From Patescibacteria group bacterium (lineage in GTDB: Bacteria > Patescibacteriota > UBA1384 > XYA2-FULL-43-10): a stretch of 32,000 nt of DNA. The position numbers and the translations under genes were made by a program. Of the stretch, positions 18,290-25,943 are shown piece by piece (positions within the stretch are counted from its first letter, which is position 1; each line of letters starts with the position of its first letter). Below the pieces are notes generated by a model. That model had not been told where the DNA came from. It did not search any database and saw only the letters and a list, made by a program, of their open reading frames with translations. The stretch spans positions 1-32,000 of the forward strand of contig JBAYVT010000006.1 in assembly GCA_041674405.1 (NCBI GenBank), written 5' to 3'.

Positions 18290-19045
18290 ATGTCGAAAAC
18301 AAAGGTAATTGAAGTGGAAAATATCACGAAATCATATGGTGTTGCTGATAATGTTTTTTCTGTTTTAAACGGGATTAGCTGTAGCATAGACTCGGGCGAA
18401 TTCGTGATATTTTTTGGTCCCTCTGGTTGTGGCAAATCGACGCTTCTCAACGTGATTTGCGGGCTTGAGACGGTTGACTCGGGAAAAGTTAGTATTCGCG
18501 GAGAAGATATTTCAAAATTTTCGCAAAAGGAAATCGCTTTTTACCGACGAACAAAGATTGGAATTATTTTCCAGCAGTTCAACCTTTTAAAAAATCTTTC
18601 AAACAAAGGTAATGTGGCGCTTCCGCTGGTGGCGAACGGAGAACCCCTAAAGCGCGCAGAACATCGTGCCGAGCAACTTCTTACAATGTTCGGGCTACAG
18701 AAACACATAAACAAACAACCAACAGAGCTTTCTGGCGGACAGCAACAGAGAGTGGCGATGGCGAGGGCACTTGCACCGAATCCCTGGATATTGGTTGCTG
18801 ATGAGCCGACAGGAAATCTGGATTCAAAATCGGCCGATGAGGTCATCGAAATTTTTAATATACTAAACCGGAAGTCAAAGAGAACGGTAATTATGGTTAC
18901 GCACAATCCGGATTATCTAAAATATGCTGATCGTGTCCTTCATCTTAAAGATGGTAAAATTGTTAAAGAAGAAAAAAATAAAAATACAGCAGCGGTTAAA
19001 AATATTGAAGGGTTTGATCTTAAAGAGCATGCGTTTTCCAACTAA
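18290..19045 (+). CDS. ABC transporter ATP-binding protein, MacB/LolD-like
   Basis: Walker A FGPSGCGKSTL, signature ELSGGQQQRVAMARALA, Walker B ILVADEPTGNLDSKSADEV, H-loop VTHN. Starts 3 nt after the giant ORF stop. Confidence 0.96.
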   Translation: MSKTKVIEVENITKSYGVADNVFSVLNGISCSIDSGEFVIFFGPSGCGKSTLLNVICGLETVDSGKVSIRGEDISKFSQKEIAFYRRTKIGIIFQQFNLLKNLSNKGNVALPLVANGEPLKRAEHRAEQLLTMFGLQKHINKQPTELSGGQQQRVAMARALAPNPWILVADEPTGNLDSKSADEVIEIFNILNRKSKRTVIMVTHNPDYLKYADRVLHLKDGKIVKEEKNKNTAAVKNIEGFDLKEHAFSN

Positions 19046-19054
19046 GGGTTTGAT

Positions 19055-20236
19055 ATGAAATTTTTTCAAATTATCAGAACAACTTGGCTAAATATTCTGG
19101 GGAAAAGAATGAGGTCTTTGCTTACTGTTATCGGCATCGCCGTTGGTATCGGGACAATTGTTTTCTTGGTTTCTTTGGGATATGGCCTTCAAGAATTTTC
19201 GGTGAAAAGAATCAGCTCGATTCAATCGCTTACTACCCTTGATGTGACACAGGGGAAAACGGCTAATTTTAAGCTTGACGAACCGACAATTGATAAGATA
19301 TCAAAACTAAGCAATGTATCAGAAATTAGCCCGATTATCTCATTGGGCAGCAAGGTTGCGCTTGCTGACAAAAAAACCGATGCGGTAGCTACGGCTGTGC
19401 AAGGTGACTATTTTGTGTATGAAGACCTTAAGCTCACAAAAGGCTCTACTTTCATGGATGATGATAAAAAAGCAGTGTTGTCAACGGCCCTTTTGCAGGC
19501 GCTTGGTACGGACGAAAATTCAATAATCGGCAAAACAATCGCGTTTAATATTTCCTATAAACAAAAAGAGCAGTCTCAAAGCAAAGATTTAAGCCTTATT
19601 GTGTCTGGCGTTGTCTCCGATAACACTTCTCCCTTTGCCTACATCCCATTGTCTCAAGTTCAGGATCTGCTGGGAGAGCGCGCCATCTACTCGTCCTTAA
19701 AGGTAAAAACCGCTTCTGAAGATACTATGGGCGGCGTTCGCAAGGAAATCGAAGACATGGGGCTTTCTGTTACTTCGGTTGCTGACACAATTGCCCAAGT
19801 AAACAGCGTTTTTGGCGGGATTAGGATCGCCCTTGGCTTATTGGGTGGGATTGCCCTGGTCGTTGCGGCAATCGGAATGTTCAATACAATGACGATCGCC
19901 CTTTTGGAGAGAACTCGTGACATTGGGATAATGAAATCGGTCGGCGTTGATAACCGCGATATTTACTGGATGTTTTTGGCTGAAGCAATTATCATCTCTG
20001 GTGCAGGAGGAATTGCCGGCGCAGCATTTGGGCAGCTTCTGGCTGTGCTGATCAATGTTCTTGTTGGTAGCTTGGCTAGGATGGTTGGTGCGGAGCCAAT
20101 CGTGTTGTTTTCAACCCCGTTTACATTTGTTGCCATCATTGTCGGTTTTTCGCTGGTAGTTGGGATCTCGACCGGATTTTATCCTTCAAGAAGGGCAGCT
20201 AAAATCAATCCATTGGATGCGCTGCGTTATGAATAG
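19055..20236 (+). CDS. MacB/FtsX-like ABC transporter permease
   Basis: N-terminal LGKRMRSLLTVIGIAVGIGTIVFLVSLGYGLQEF, extracytoplasmic domain, and C-terminal FtsX region LALGLLGGIALVVAAIGMFNTMTIALLERTRDIGIMKSVG...FYPSRRAAKINPLDALRYE. Confidence 0.94.
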   Translation: MKFFQIIRTTWLNILGKRMRSLLTVIGIAVGIGTIVFLVSLGYGLQEFSVKRISSIQSLTTLDVTQGKTANFKLDEPTIDKISKLSNVSEISPIISLGSKVALADKKTDAVATAVQGDYFVYEDLKLTKGSTFMDDDKKAVLSTALLQALGTDENSIIGKTIAFNISYKQKEQSQSKDLSLIVSGVVSDNTSPFAYIPLSQVQDLLGERAIYSSLKVKTASEDTMGGVRKEIEDMGLSVTSVADTIAQVNSVFGGIRIALGLLGGIALVVAAIGMFNTMTIALLERTRDIGIMKSVGVDNRDIYWMFLAEAIIISGAGGIAGAAFGQLLAVLINVLVGSLARMVGAEPIVLFSTPFTFVAIIVGFSLVVGISTGFYPSRRAAKINPLDALRYE

Positions 20237-20243
20237 CGTAGCT

Positions 20244-20269
20244 AGTCGAAAGTCCACAAAGTTTTAAAG
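20244..20269 (+). repeat. Degenerate AGTC array (copy A)
   Basis: agtcgaa|agtccacaa|agttttaa|ag, similar to the 9-bp/7-bp arrays at 22955, 23331 and 29189. Confidence 0.55.
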
Positions 20270-20354
20270 AGTTGATTCAGTAGTTGATACAATAGTTTAT
20301 TCGGTAGTTAAAACAATTGTATTAACAATTGAATTAACGAAAAGCAGAGGAGTT

Positions 20355-21398
20355 ATGGATCATCACCATCTAATGTATGACGAGATTTATGAAGAGCCGG
20401 AACTCATCCGCCGTCTTGTTCTTGATAGGCACAATGAAAAACTCAGAAAAGCAGCGCTATTAATAAGACAGGCAGTCTCAGAAGGCGGAGATATCTTTTT
20501 GGTGGGATCTGGCAGTTCATATCATTCGTGCATTTTTGCCAAAAATTTGTTTTCGCTTAAAAATCATATATTAGTACAAGCAATGCCGGGCAGTGAATTT
20601 TTAAATTACATTTCCTCTGTAGATAATAAATCGCTAGTTATTTTTATCTCGCAAAGTGGAGAGTCTGCTGATGAAATTGATGCCTTTTCCCATATTAAAC
20701 AGCATGATCCTCAAACTATTGCGATTACAAATGACCCAGATTCAACTCTTGCTCATCTTTGCAAGGATGTTTTGCTGCTTTTCGCCGGACCAGAAAGGGC
20801 AATTCCGGCCACAAAAACATATACGGCAGAAATGTTGCAGTTTTTCCTTTTGTCCGAAGAGCTTTCCGGAGATTATTTATTTGAGATGAAAAAAGAAGAA
20901 GTACTTGCCGAAATGAACAAAATATTATCAGATGGATACCAAAGCAATATTCGTTCTGTGGCGAAGAAAATTGCAAAAGCAAAAAATATTTTTTGCCTAG
21001 GATTTGGCATTGATCTTGCCAGTGCGGCTGAAACCGCACTTAAAATTAAAGAGTGCGCAAATATCGAAACAGAGGCATTCCCGTTGCATGAGTTTATGCA
21101 CGGGCCGATCGGAATGGTTTCTTCCGATTCGGCGGTCATCATCTTTGAACCAGAATCGGATGGCAATCGGGAAATCCTCGCGAAAATAATCAAGATTTCA
21201 AAGGATGCCGGAGCATCTAGTATTCTTATCGGTGGAGCTGAAAATCACGGCGCGGAAATACATCTGCCAGTAGCAGAATTTCAAACACTCTCAGTTTTCC
21301 CAGAAATCATTCCTGTACAGCTAATTGCGTACTATTTAGCAATCTTTCAATCATTGAATCCGGATAGCCCAAAGGGGCTTGCAAAAATTGTGGAATAA
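20355..21398 (+). CDS. SIS-domain protein resembling the isomerase half of glucosamine-6-phosphate synthase, without a glutaminase domain
   Basis: MYDEIYEEPELIRRLVLDRH, FLVGSGSSYHSCIFAKNL, FISQSGESADEIDAF, and AAETALKIKECANIETEAFPLHEFMHGPIGMV match GlmS C-terminal/SIS motifs. Confidence 0.85.
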   Translation: MDHHHLMYDEIYEEPELIRRLVLDRHNEKLRKAALLIRQAVSEGGDIFLVGSGSSYHSCIFAKNLFSLKNHILVQAMPGSEFLNYISSVDNKSLVIFISQSGESADEIDAFSHIKQHDPQTIAITNDPDSTLAHLCKDVLLLFAGPERAIPATKTYTAEMLQFFLLSEELSGDYLFEMKKEEVLAEMNKILSDGYQSNIRSVAKKIAKAKNIFCLGFGIDLASAAETALKIKECANIETEAFPLHEFMHGPIGMVSSDSAVIIFEPESDGNREILAKIIKISKDAGASSILIGGAENHGAEIHLPVAEFQTLSVFPEIIPVQLIAYYLAIFQSLNPDSPKGLAKIVE

Positions 21399-21438
21399 AT
21401 CACAAAGAAATTTTGGATATTTTGGACTAAAATAACGG

Positions 21439-21505
21439 CGGAAGGCTGGGTGTGGTGGCGAGCTAGCGGGGCAAGCTAATGGTGCCCTGGATACCCAGCC
21501 TTCCG
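21439..21505 (+). promoter_or_regulatory. Long hairpin, candidate structured leader/attenuator upstream of the radical-SAM gene
   Basis: Exact 13-bp arms cggaaggctgggt (21439-21451) and acccagccttccg (21493-21505), enclosing agctagc-ggg-gcaagct. Confidence 0.4.
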
Positions 21506-21636
21506 TGCCGTTGCGCGACTTTGTGTGTGAGCCGCGCGTTTTTGTTTACAAACGCCTCATCGGGTATTATAAACATGCATAATAATTTTCATGCTTTTTC
21601 AAATTTGTAATTTGTGGATTTGGAGCTTAGCAATCG

Positions 21637-22956
21637 ATGTGCCTTACGATCCCGGGAAAAATTATAGATATAAAAAATGGCATGGCCTCAATTGCCGAAA
21701 ACCAAAATCAAATCAAAATTGATCTCGGTTTTGTTTCTGGCGCGAAAGTAGGTGATTGGATTCTCTATGCTACTGAGCGTGCGGTAAAAATTATTGATGA
21801 AAACGAGGCAAGAGAAATTATCAATTTGCTGGAAACAAAATATAAACCGGTTGATAATCAAAAGTTGCCGGATAGGTTGAAGGAAATGATTGTTGATTTG
21901 AGGGCAAATCAACAAGGGCAAAGGGGAAAGAGAAAAGTGAAAAGGATTACAAAGCCTGATATAGAATATCTCTTGTCACTTGAAAATCCGGAGGAGCTGA
22001 CGACGCTATATTCGGAAGCTAATACTTTGCGCAAATCGGAGCTCAAGGATTTCGTCTGCATTCATGGTATTATCGAATTTTCAAATTACTGCAAAAATAA
22101 TTGTATGTATTGTGGAATTCAAAAAGATAACGAGAGTATTAAACGTTATCGAATGAGTGCTGATGAAATTATTGAAGCGGCCGGAGATGCGATAGAGAAT
22201 GAGGGATATAAACTGGTCGTCCTGCAAAGCGGAGAGGATCTCTCGTATTCGGATGATGATATAATCGGAATTATTAGCGCGCTAAAAAATAATCATAAGG
22301 TGTTTATCTTTTTATCGGTAGGCGAGAGAAGCGAAAATTTTTACAGGAAGGCTTTTGCGGCAGGGGCGCATGGTTCACTCTTTCGATTTGAGACAAGCAA
22401 TCCAAAACTTTATGCGAAATTACACCCAGGACACTCCCTGGAACAACGTTTGTCTTCTTTGCGGACGCAACAGAAGATCGGATATTACGTTGCTTCTGGC
22501 AGCCTTGTGGGGCTTCCAGGACAGACAATATCCGATATTGCGAGCGATATTTTGATGGTGAAGAAACTGGGAGTGCCGATGATCTCATCAGGGCCATTCA
22601 TTCCAACAGGAGGGACGCCGCTTTACAAAATCAAAAGTCAATCCGCCAACCGGCGGACAAAAGTCAAAACTGTGGAATTATTTCTAAAATACATCGCTGT
22701 GTCGCGGCTTCTCATGCCCGAGATTAAGATTCCGGTCACCACTGCACTCGAAACTTTGGATCCGGAAAATGGGCGCCACAGGGGACTCTTGGCTGGTGCA
22801 AATGCTTTGATGTTCAATTTAACGCCCAAAAAGTATTGCAAAAATTACAAGATATACGACAATAAGTATGTCGAGAGAGAAAAGGTCTGGCAAAAATATG
22901 GCCTTTTCAAAGGAGAAGAGTCTTATGAAATGCTCGAAAAAAGATTACGTTTTTAG
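21637..22956 (+). CDS. Fusion: N-terminal HypC/HupF-like domain + C-terminal HydE-like radical SAM protein
   Basis: N-terminus MCLTIPGKIIDIKNGMASI...VGDWILYATERAVKIIDENEAREIINLL resembles HypC. The remainder carries HydE-like motifs: HGIIEFSNYCKNNCMYCGIQKDNESIKRYRMSADEII (CX3CX2C), LVVLQSGED, SLVGLPGQTISDI, GPFIPTGGTPL. Confidence 0.87.
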   Translation: MCLTIPGKIIDIKNGMASIAENQNQIKIDLGFVSGAKVGDWILYATERAVKIIDENEAREIINLLETKYKPVDNQKLPDRLKEMIVDLRANQQGQRGKRKVKRITKPDIEYLLSLENPEELTTLYSEANTLRKSELKDFVCIHGIIEFSNYCKNNCMYCGIQKDNESIKRYRMSADEIIEAAGDAIENEGYKLVVLQSGEDLSYSDDDIIGIISALKNNHKVFIFLSVGERSENFYRKAFAAGAHGSLFRFETSNPKLYAKLHPGHSLEQRLSSLRTQQKIGYYVASGSLVGLPGQTISDIASDILMVKKLGVPMISSGPFIPTGGTPLYKIKSQSANRRTKVKTVELFLKYIAVSRLLMPEIKIPVTTALETLDPENGRHRGLLAGANALMFNLTPKKYCKNYKIYDNKYVEREKVWQKYGLFKGEESYEMLEKRLRF

Positions 22957-22990
22957 TCGAAAGTCCATAAAGTCTGTAAAGTCCATAAAG
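22955..22990 (+). repeat. 9-bp AGTCCATAA-type short array (copy B)
   Basis: agtcgaa|agtccataa|agtctgtaa|agtccataa|ag. Starts inside the stop codon of the upstream gene. Confidence 0.8.
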
Positions 22991-22999
22991 CGGGAGAAA

Positions 23000-23344
23000 A
23001 TGAAAATCAATAAATTTGAAGATATATTGGCTTGGCAGAAGGCGAAAGAGCTGACTCTCTTGGTCTATACGATATTCAAGGCAAACAAGGATTTTGGTTT
23101 TCGCGATCAAATTCAAAGGGCGGTGATATCGATTATGAACAATATTGCTGAGGGTTTTGAACGTCGCGGAGATAAAGAATTTAAACATTTTTTGTATATT
23201 GCCAAAGGGTCCTGCGCTGAGGTTCGTTCAATGCTTTATATTGCTAAAGAACAAGGTTATGTCAGAAGCACAGATTTTGATAGAATCTACTTATTAACTG
23301 TCGAAATTTCAAAAATGTTATCAGGATTCATAAAGACTTTATAG
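23000..23344 (+). CDS. Four-helix-bundle protein, S23/23S rRNA intervening-sequence (IVP) family
   Basis: MKINKFEDILAWQKAKELTLLVYTIFKANKDFGFRDQIQRAVISIMNNIAEGFERRGDKEFKHFLYIAKGSCAEVRSMLYIAKEQGYV is the canonical family pattern. ATG at 23000 is more plausible than the track start at 22868. Confidence 0.92.
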   Translation: MKINKFEDILAWQKAKELTLLVYTIFKANKDFGFRDQIQRAVISIMNNIAEGFERRGDKEFKHFLYIAKGSCAEVRSMLYIAKEQGYVRSTDFDRIYLLTVEISKMLSGFIKTL

Positions 23345-23372
23345 ACTTTTGACTTTAAGGACTTTATGGACT
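23331..23372 (-). repeat. 9-bp AGTCCATAA-type short array, inverted relative to copy B (copy C)
   Basis: Reverse complement reads agtccataa|agtccttaa|agtcaaa|agtctataa|agtcttta. It overlaps the 3' end and stop codon of the four-helix-bundle gene. Confidence 0.8.
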
Positions 23373-23390
23373 AATTAGCCGGAGGCGAAA

Positions 23391-23909
23391 ATGGGTAATG
23401 AAAATGATGTGGTCGTGGTGTTGCCGAATAAAGACTTTCGAGATCAGGAATATGCCGAAACAACACGGCTTTTGCATGAATACAGCATTGGTTACAAGGT
23501 TGTGGCAATTATGCCGGGAGAATGTTTTGGCGTCGGCGGCACAGAAGTTGCTACCGATATCGAAGTTGATGAAATCGATCCGAATTCTTTCGCCGGGGTA
23601 ATTTTTATCGGCGGGCCGGGAGTAGAGTCATCACTTCGAGATGAAAAGTTGATGAATCTGGCCAAAGCCTTCAATTCTGCAGGAAAGATTGTTGCTGGAA
23701 TTTGCTGGGCAGTTTCAATCTTGGCAAACGCGGGAGTCCTGAATGGGAAAAAAGTTACTGCCTGGTCTGGCTGCCAATCAGATCTGGAAAAAGGCGGAGC
23801 GCTCTATACAGGAGAGCCGATAACCGTTCACCAAAATATAATTACCGCCAATGGTCCCGACAGCGCCGATGCCTTCGGTGAAAAAATTGCCCAGACAATT
23901 GCGGGATAG
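23391..23909 (+). CDS. DJ-1/PfpI family protein
   Basis: VVVVLPNKDFRDQEYAETTRLL, FAGVIFIGGPGV, and nucleophile-elbow-like KIVAGICWAVSILANAGVLNGKKVTAW. Confidence 0.87.
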   Translation: MGNENDVVVVLPNKDFRDQEYAETTRLLHEYSIGYKVVAIMPGECFGVGGTEVATDIEVDEIDPNSFAGVIFIGGPGVESSLRDEKLMNLAKAFNSAGKIVAGICWAVSILANAGVLNGKKVTAWSGCQSDLEKGGALYTGEPITVHQNIITANGPDSADAFGEKIAQTIAG

Positions 23910-23963
23910 AAGTAACTTTAGGATTGATTTTTTAGCCAAATCGTGATATAATTTTTTCGTTTT

Positions 23964-24038
23964 GGCGCCATCGTATAGCGGTTAGTACGCCGCCCTCTCA
24001 CGGCGGTAACAGGGGTTCGATTCCCCTTGGCGCTACCA
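23964..24038 (+). tRNA. tRNA-Glu (anticodon CTC), CCA encoded
   Basis: GGCGCCA/TGGCGCT acceptor (terminal G-U), anticodon arm CCGCC-CTCTCAC-GGCGG, T-arm AGGGG-TTCGATT-CCCCT, then A-CCA. 75 nt. Confidence 0.95.
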
Positions 24039-24071
24039 AAAAATGAGCAACCACTGGGTTGGTCATTTTTT
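24038..24071 (+). terminator. Rho-independent-like terminator of tRNA-Glu
   Basis: aaaaaatgagcaacc-actg-ggttggtcatttttt, one mismatch in the stem, T-run at the end. Confidence 0.75.
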
Positions 24072-24145
24072 GTAAGGTAAAACCGAGCAATGAGGACTCG
24101 GGTCTAAATATCGGATCCGACATCATTCATACACGCTTAGTTTAG

Positions 24146-25075
24146 CTAGAGTGTCGTAATGGGACGAGACTGCAAAATGTAGATTTTTCCCTTTTCAAGA
24201 GCCCATTCAATATCACAAGGAAATTTATAATGATCCTCAATATCTTTAGTCATCTTTGCAAGCTCAATTATTTTTTTGCCTTCAATTTTTTGAGTCTTTT
24301 TTTGTGCACGGGGGACATCTTTACTTGATACGATGGCGCCATCAAAAATAAGCATCTTTTCTTGTTGGTTAATTTCAGCACTTAAAAAGGCGAAGTCATT
24401 TTTGTCAATCACATATTTGTCTGGGGTAATGTCTCCACCGACAACATATTCGCCAAGTCCAAAACCCGCTTCAATGAAAATTTCGTTTTTGTTTTTAGTA
24501 ACAGGGTGGACCGTAAAGGCAATTCCAGCAATTTCACTGGGGACCATCTTTTGAATCACCACGGCAACCTTGATATCTCCTTCAACCATTTTTTCGAGCC
24601 TGTACGTTAACGCTCGTGGCGAATAAAGAGAAGACCAACAATCCTTGATCCTTTGTAAAAGGTCGTTTTTGTTAACATAAAGAAAGGTTTCCAGTTCACC
24701 TGCCCAAGACATTTTTGGATTGTCTTCAGCAGTGGCAGAGCTTCTAACGGCAACGTATAGCAATTTTTCCTCATCAAACAATCGGTAAATTGCTTCTTCT
24801 GTTTCCATATTTATTTCACAATTTGCAATTAACTGCTGAATTTCCTTTGCAGAATTGGCGATGTTTCCTTCTTCTAGTTTATTCAATATCTCGTTGATTT
24901 TACCTGAGATATTGTTATCATTGAGAAATTTCTCAAAGGTCTCAGAGCAAATGACAAACCCTTCAGGAACAGGAAAGCCAGCATTAGCTAGTTCTCCCAA
25001 AGCCAAACCTTTTCCACCGACAAGTAATATATCATTTGGCTTAATTTCTTCAAATTTTATTACGAGATTACTCAT
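24146..25075 (-). CDS. Stand-alone PEP synthase/PPDK N-terminal (ATP-grasp, nucleotide-binding) domain protein
   Basis: VGGKGLALGELANAGFPVPEGFVI, VRSSATAEDNPKMSWAGELETFL, IQKMVPSEIAGIAFTVHP, EAGFGLGEYVVGGDITPDKYVI, DIEWALEKGKIYILQSRPITTL. Confidence 0.93.
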   Translation of the reverse strand: MSNLVIKFEEIKPNDILLVGGKGLALGELANAGFPVPEGFVICSETFEKFLNDNNISGKINEILNKLEEGNIANSAKEIQQLIANCEINMETEEAIYRLFDEEKLLYVAVRSSATAEDNPKMSWAGELETFLYVNKNDLLQRIKDCWSSLYSPRALTYRLEKMVEGDIKVAVVIQKMVPSEIAGIAFTVHPVTKNKNEIFIEAGFGLGEYVVGGDITPDKYVIDKNDFAFLSAEINQQEKMLIFDGAIVSSKDVPRAQKKTQKIEGKKIIELAKMTKDIEDHYKFPCDIEWALEKGKIYILQSRPITTL

Positions 25076-25943
25076 TTTTGCCTTCGACTAGTTGGTGTAA
25101 AACATCGTTATCGACAGAATACCTTTTATTCCTTAAAATGACTGAGATTGTTGCATTGCCATCTGAATCTGTGTCAACTTCGCTTTCCCAGCCCTCGAGT
25201 ATCGCTAGAGAGCCGCCTAGTTGGTCAATATTATTAACTCTTTGCCCTTCTTCATCAATTAGGATACCAGACGTTAGAAATGGCTCCATTATGCCTCTAT
25301 GCGATATATGGAATAAATCTATTTCCGAACCAGAATATAATTTTGAAGCCATTCGATTATGCCTTCGGTTAAAAAGTTGTGCAAAATTATATGCTGCCAT
25401 TTCAGGAGACTGAAGTTGTGATAAATCCGTTTGACCCGATAGCCATTCTGCCAAAATAGGTTCCTCTGCTTTCTCTGCTATTTTTTCTTGCTCATCAGGA
25501 GGTAAACTCTTAAAATTGTCTGGGTCTAGGCCCATTTCTTGCATCAGTTTGGCTCGACTTTCGGTAAACTTTTTATCATATAATTCAAGAAATTCTTTCG
25601 GAAAATTAAGGGTTAGTTGTTCCCTTATGGCTATATTTCTTATTGGAACATCTGGGTTTGATTCCTGGTAACCATTAAGAATGCTTTCTGCTGTCTCTCG
25701 TGTTCTTGGTGATTCACTGACGTAAGCTTTTGCACCGTGTTGGGAAGCTTCAATTCCTCCGCCAAGCTCTTTTGCTTTGGAGGCTCCTTGTTCTGAGATG
25801 CTACTTTTACTTAATGCTCCAGCAACAATAACTTCACCGCTCTGTTTTTGAGCGTGTCTATTCCAATAATTTCTTATTTTAACATCTGAACCGTATTTGC
25901 GTAGAGTCTCATTTTCTGCATTAAAGTTTGGTATTTCACTCAT
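25068..25943 (-). CDS. Histidine phosphatase superfamily (phosphoglycerate mutase-like) protein
   Basis: NRHAQK...ALSKSSISEQGASKAKELG, SESPRTRETAESIL, and ISHRGIMEPFL match the RHG..., SPxxRxxxTA and SHxG motif series. Confidence 0.8.
   Translation of the reverse strand: MSEIPNFNAENETLRKYGSDVKIRNYWNRHAQKQSGEVIVAGALSKSSISEQGASKAKELGGGIEASQHGAKAYVSESPRTRETAESILNGYQESNPDVPIRNIAIREQLTLNFPKEFLELYDKKFTESRAKLMQEMGLDPDNFKSLPPDEQEKIAEKAEEPILAEWLSGQTDLSQLQSPEMAAYNFAQLFNRRHNRMASKLYSGSEIDLFHISHRGIMEPFLTSGILIDEEGQRVNNIDQLGGSLAILEGWESEVDTDSDGNATISVILRNKRYSVDNDVLHQLVEGKNE

Noticed and set aside
21637-22956. BioB (biotin synthase) call
   Set aside because: The EFSNYCKNNCMYCGIQ...RYRMSADEI, LQSGED and GPFIP motifs fit HydE-like proteins better than BioB, and the N-terminus is HypC-like.
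22955-23372. Diversity-generating retroelement (because Avd proteins are S23-like four-helix bundles)
   Set aside because: No reverse transcriptase, template repeat/variable repeat pair or C-type-lectin target is visible nearby.
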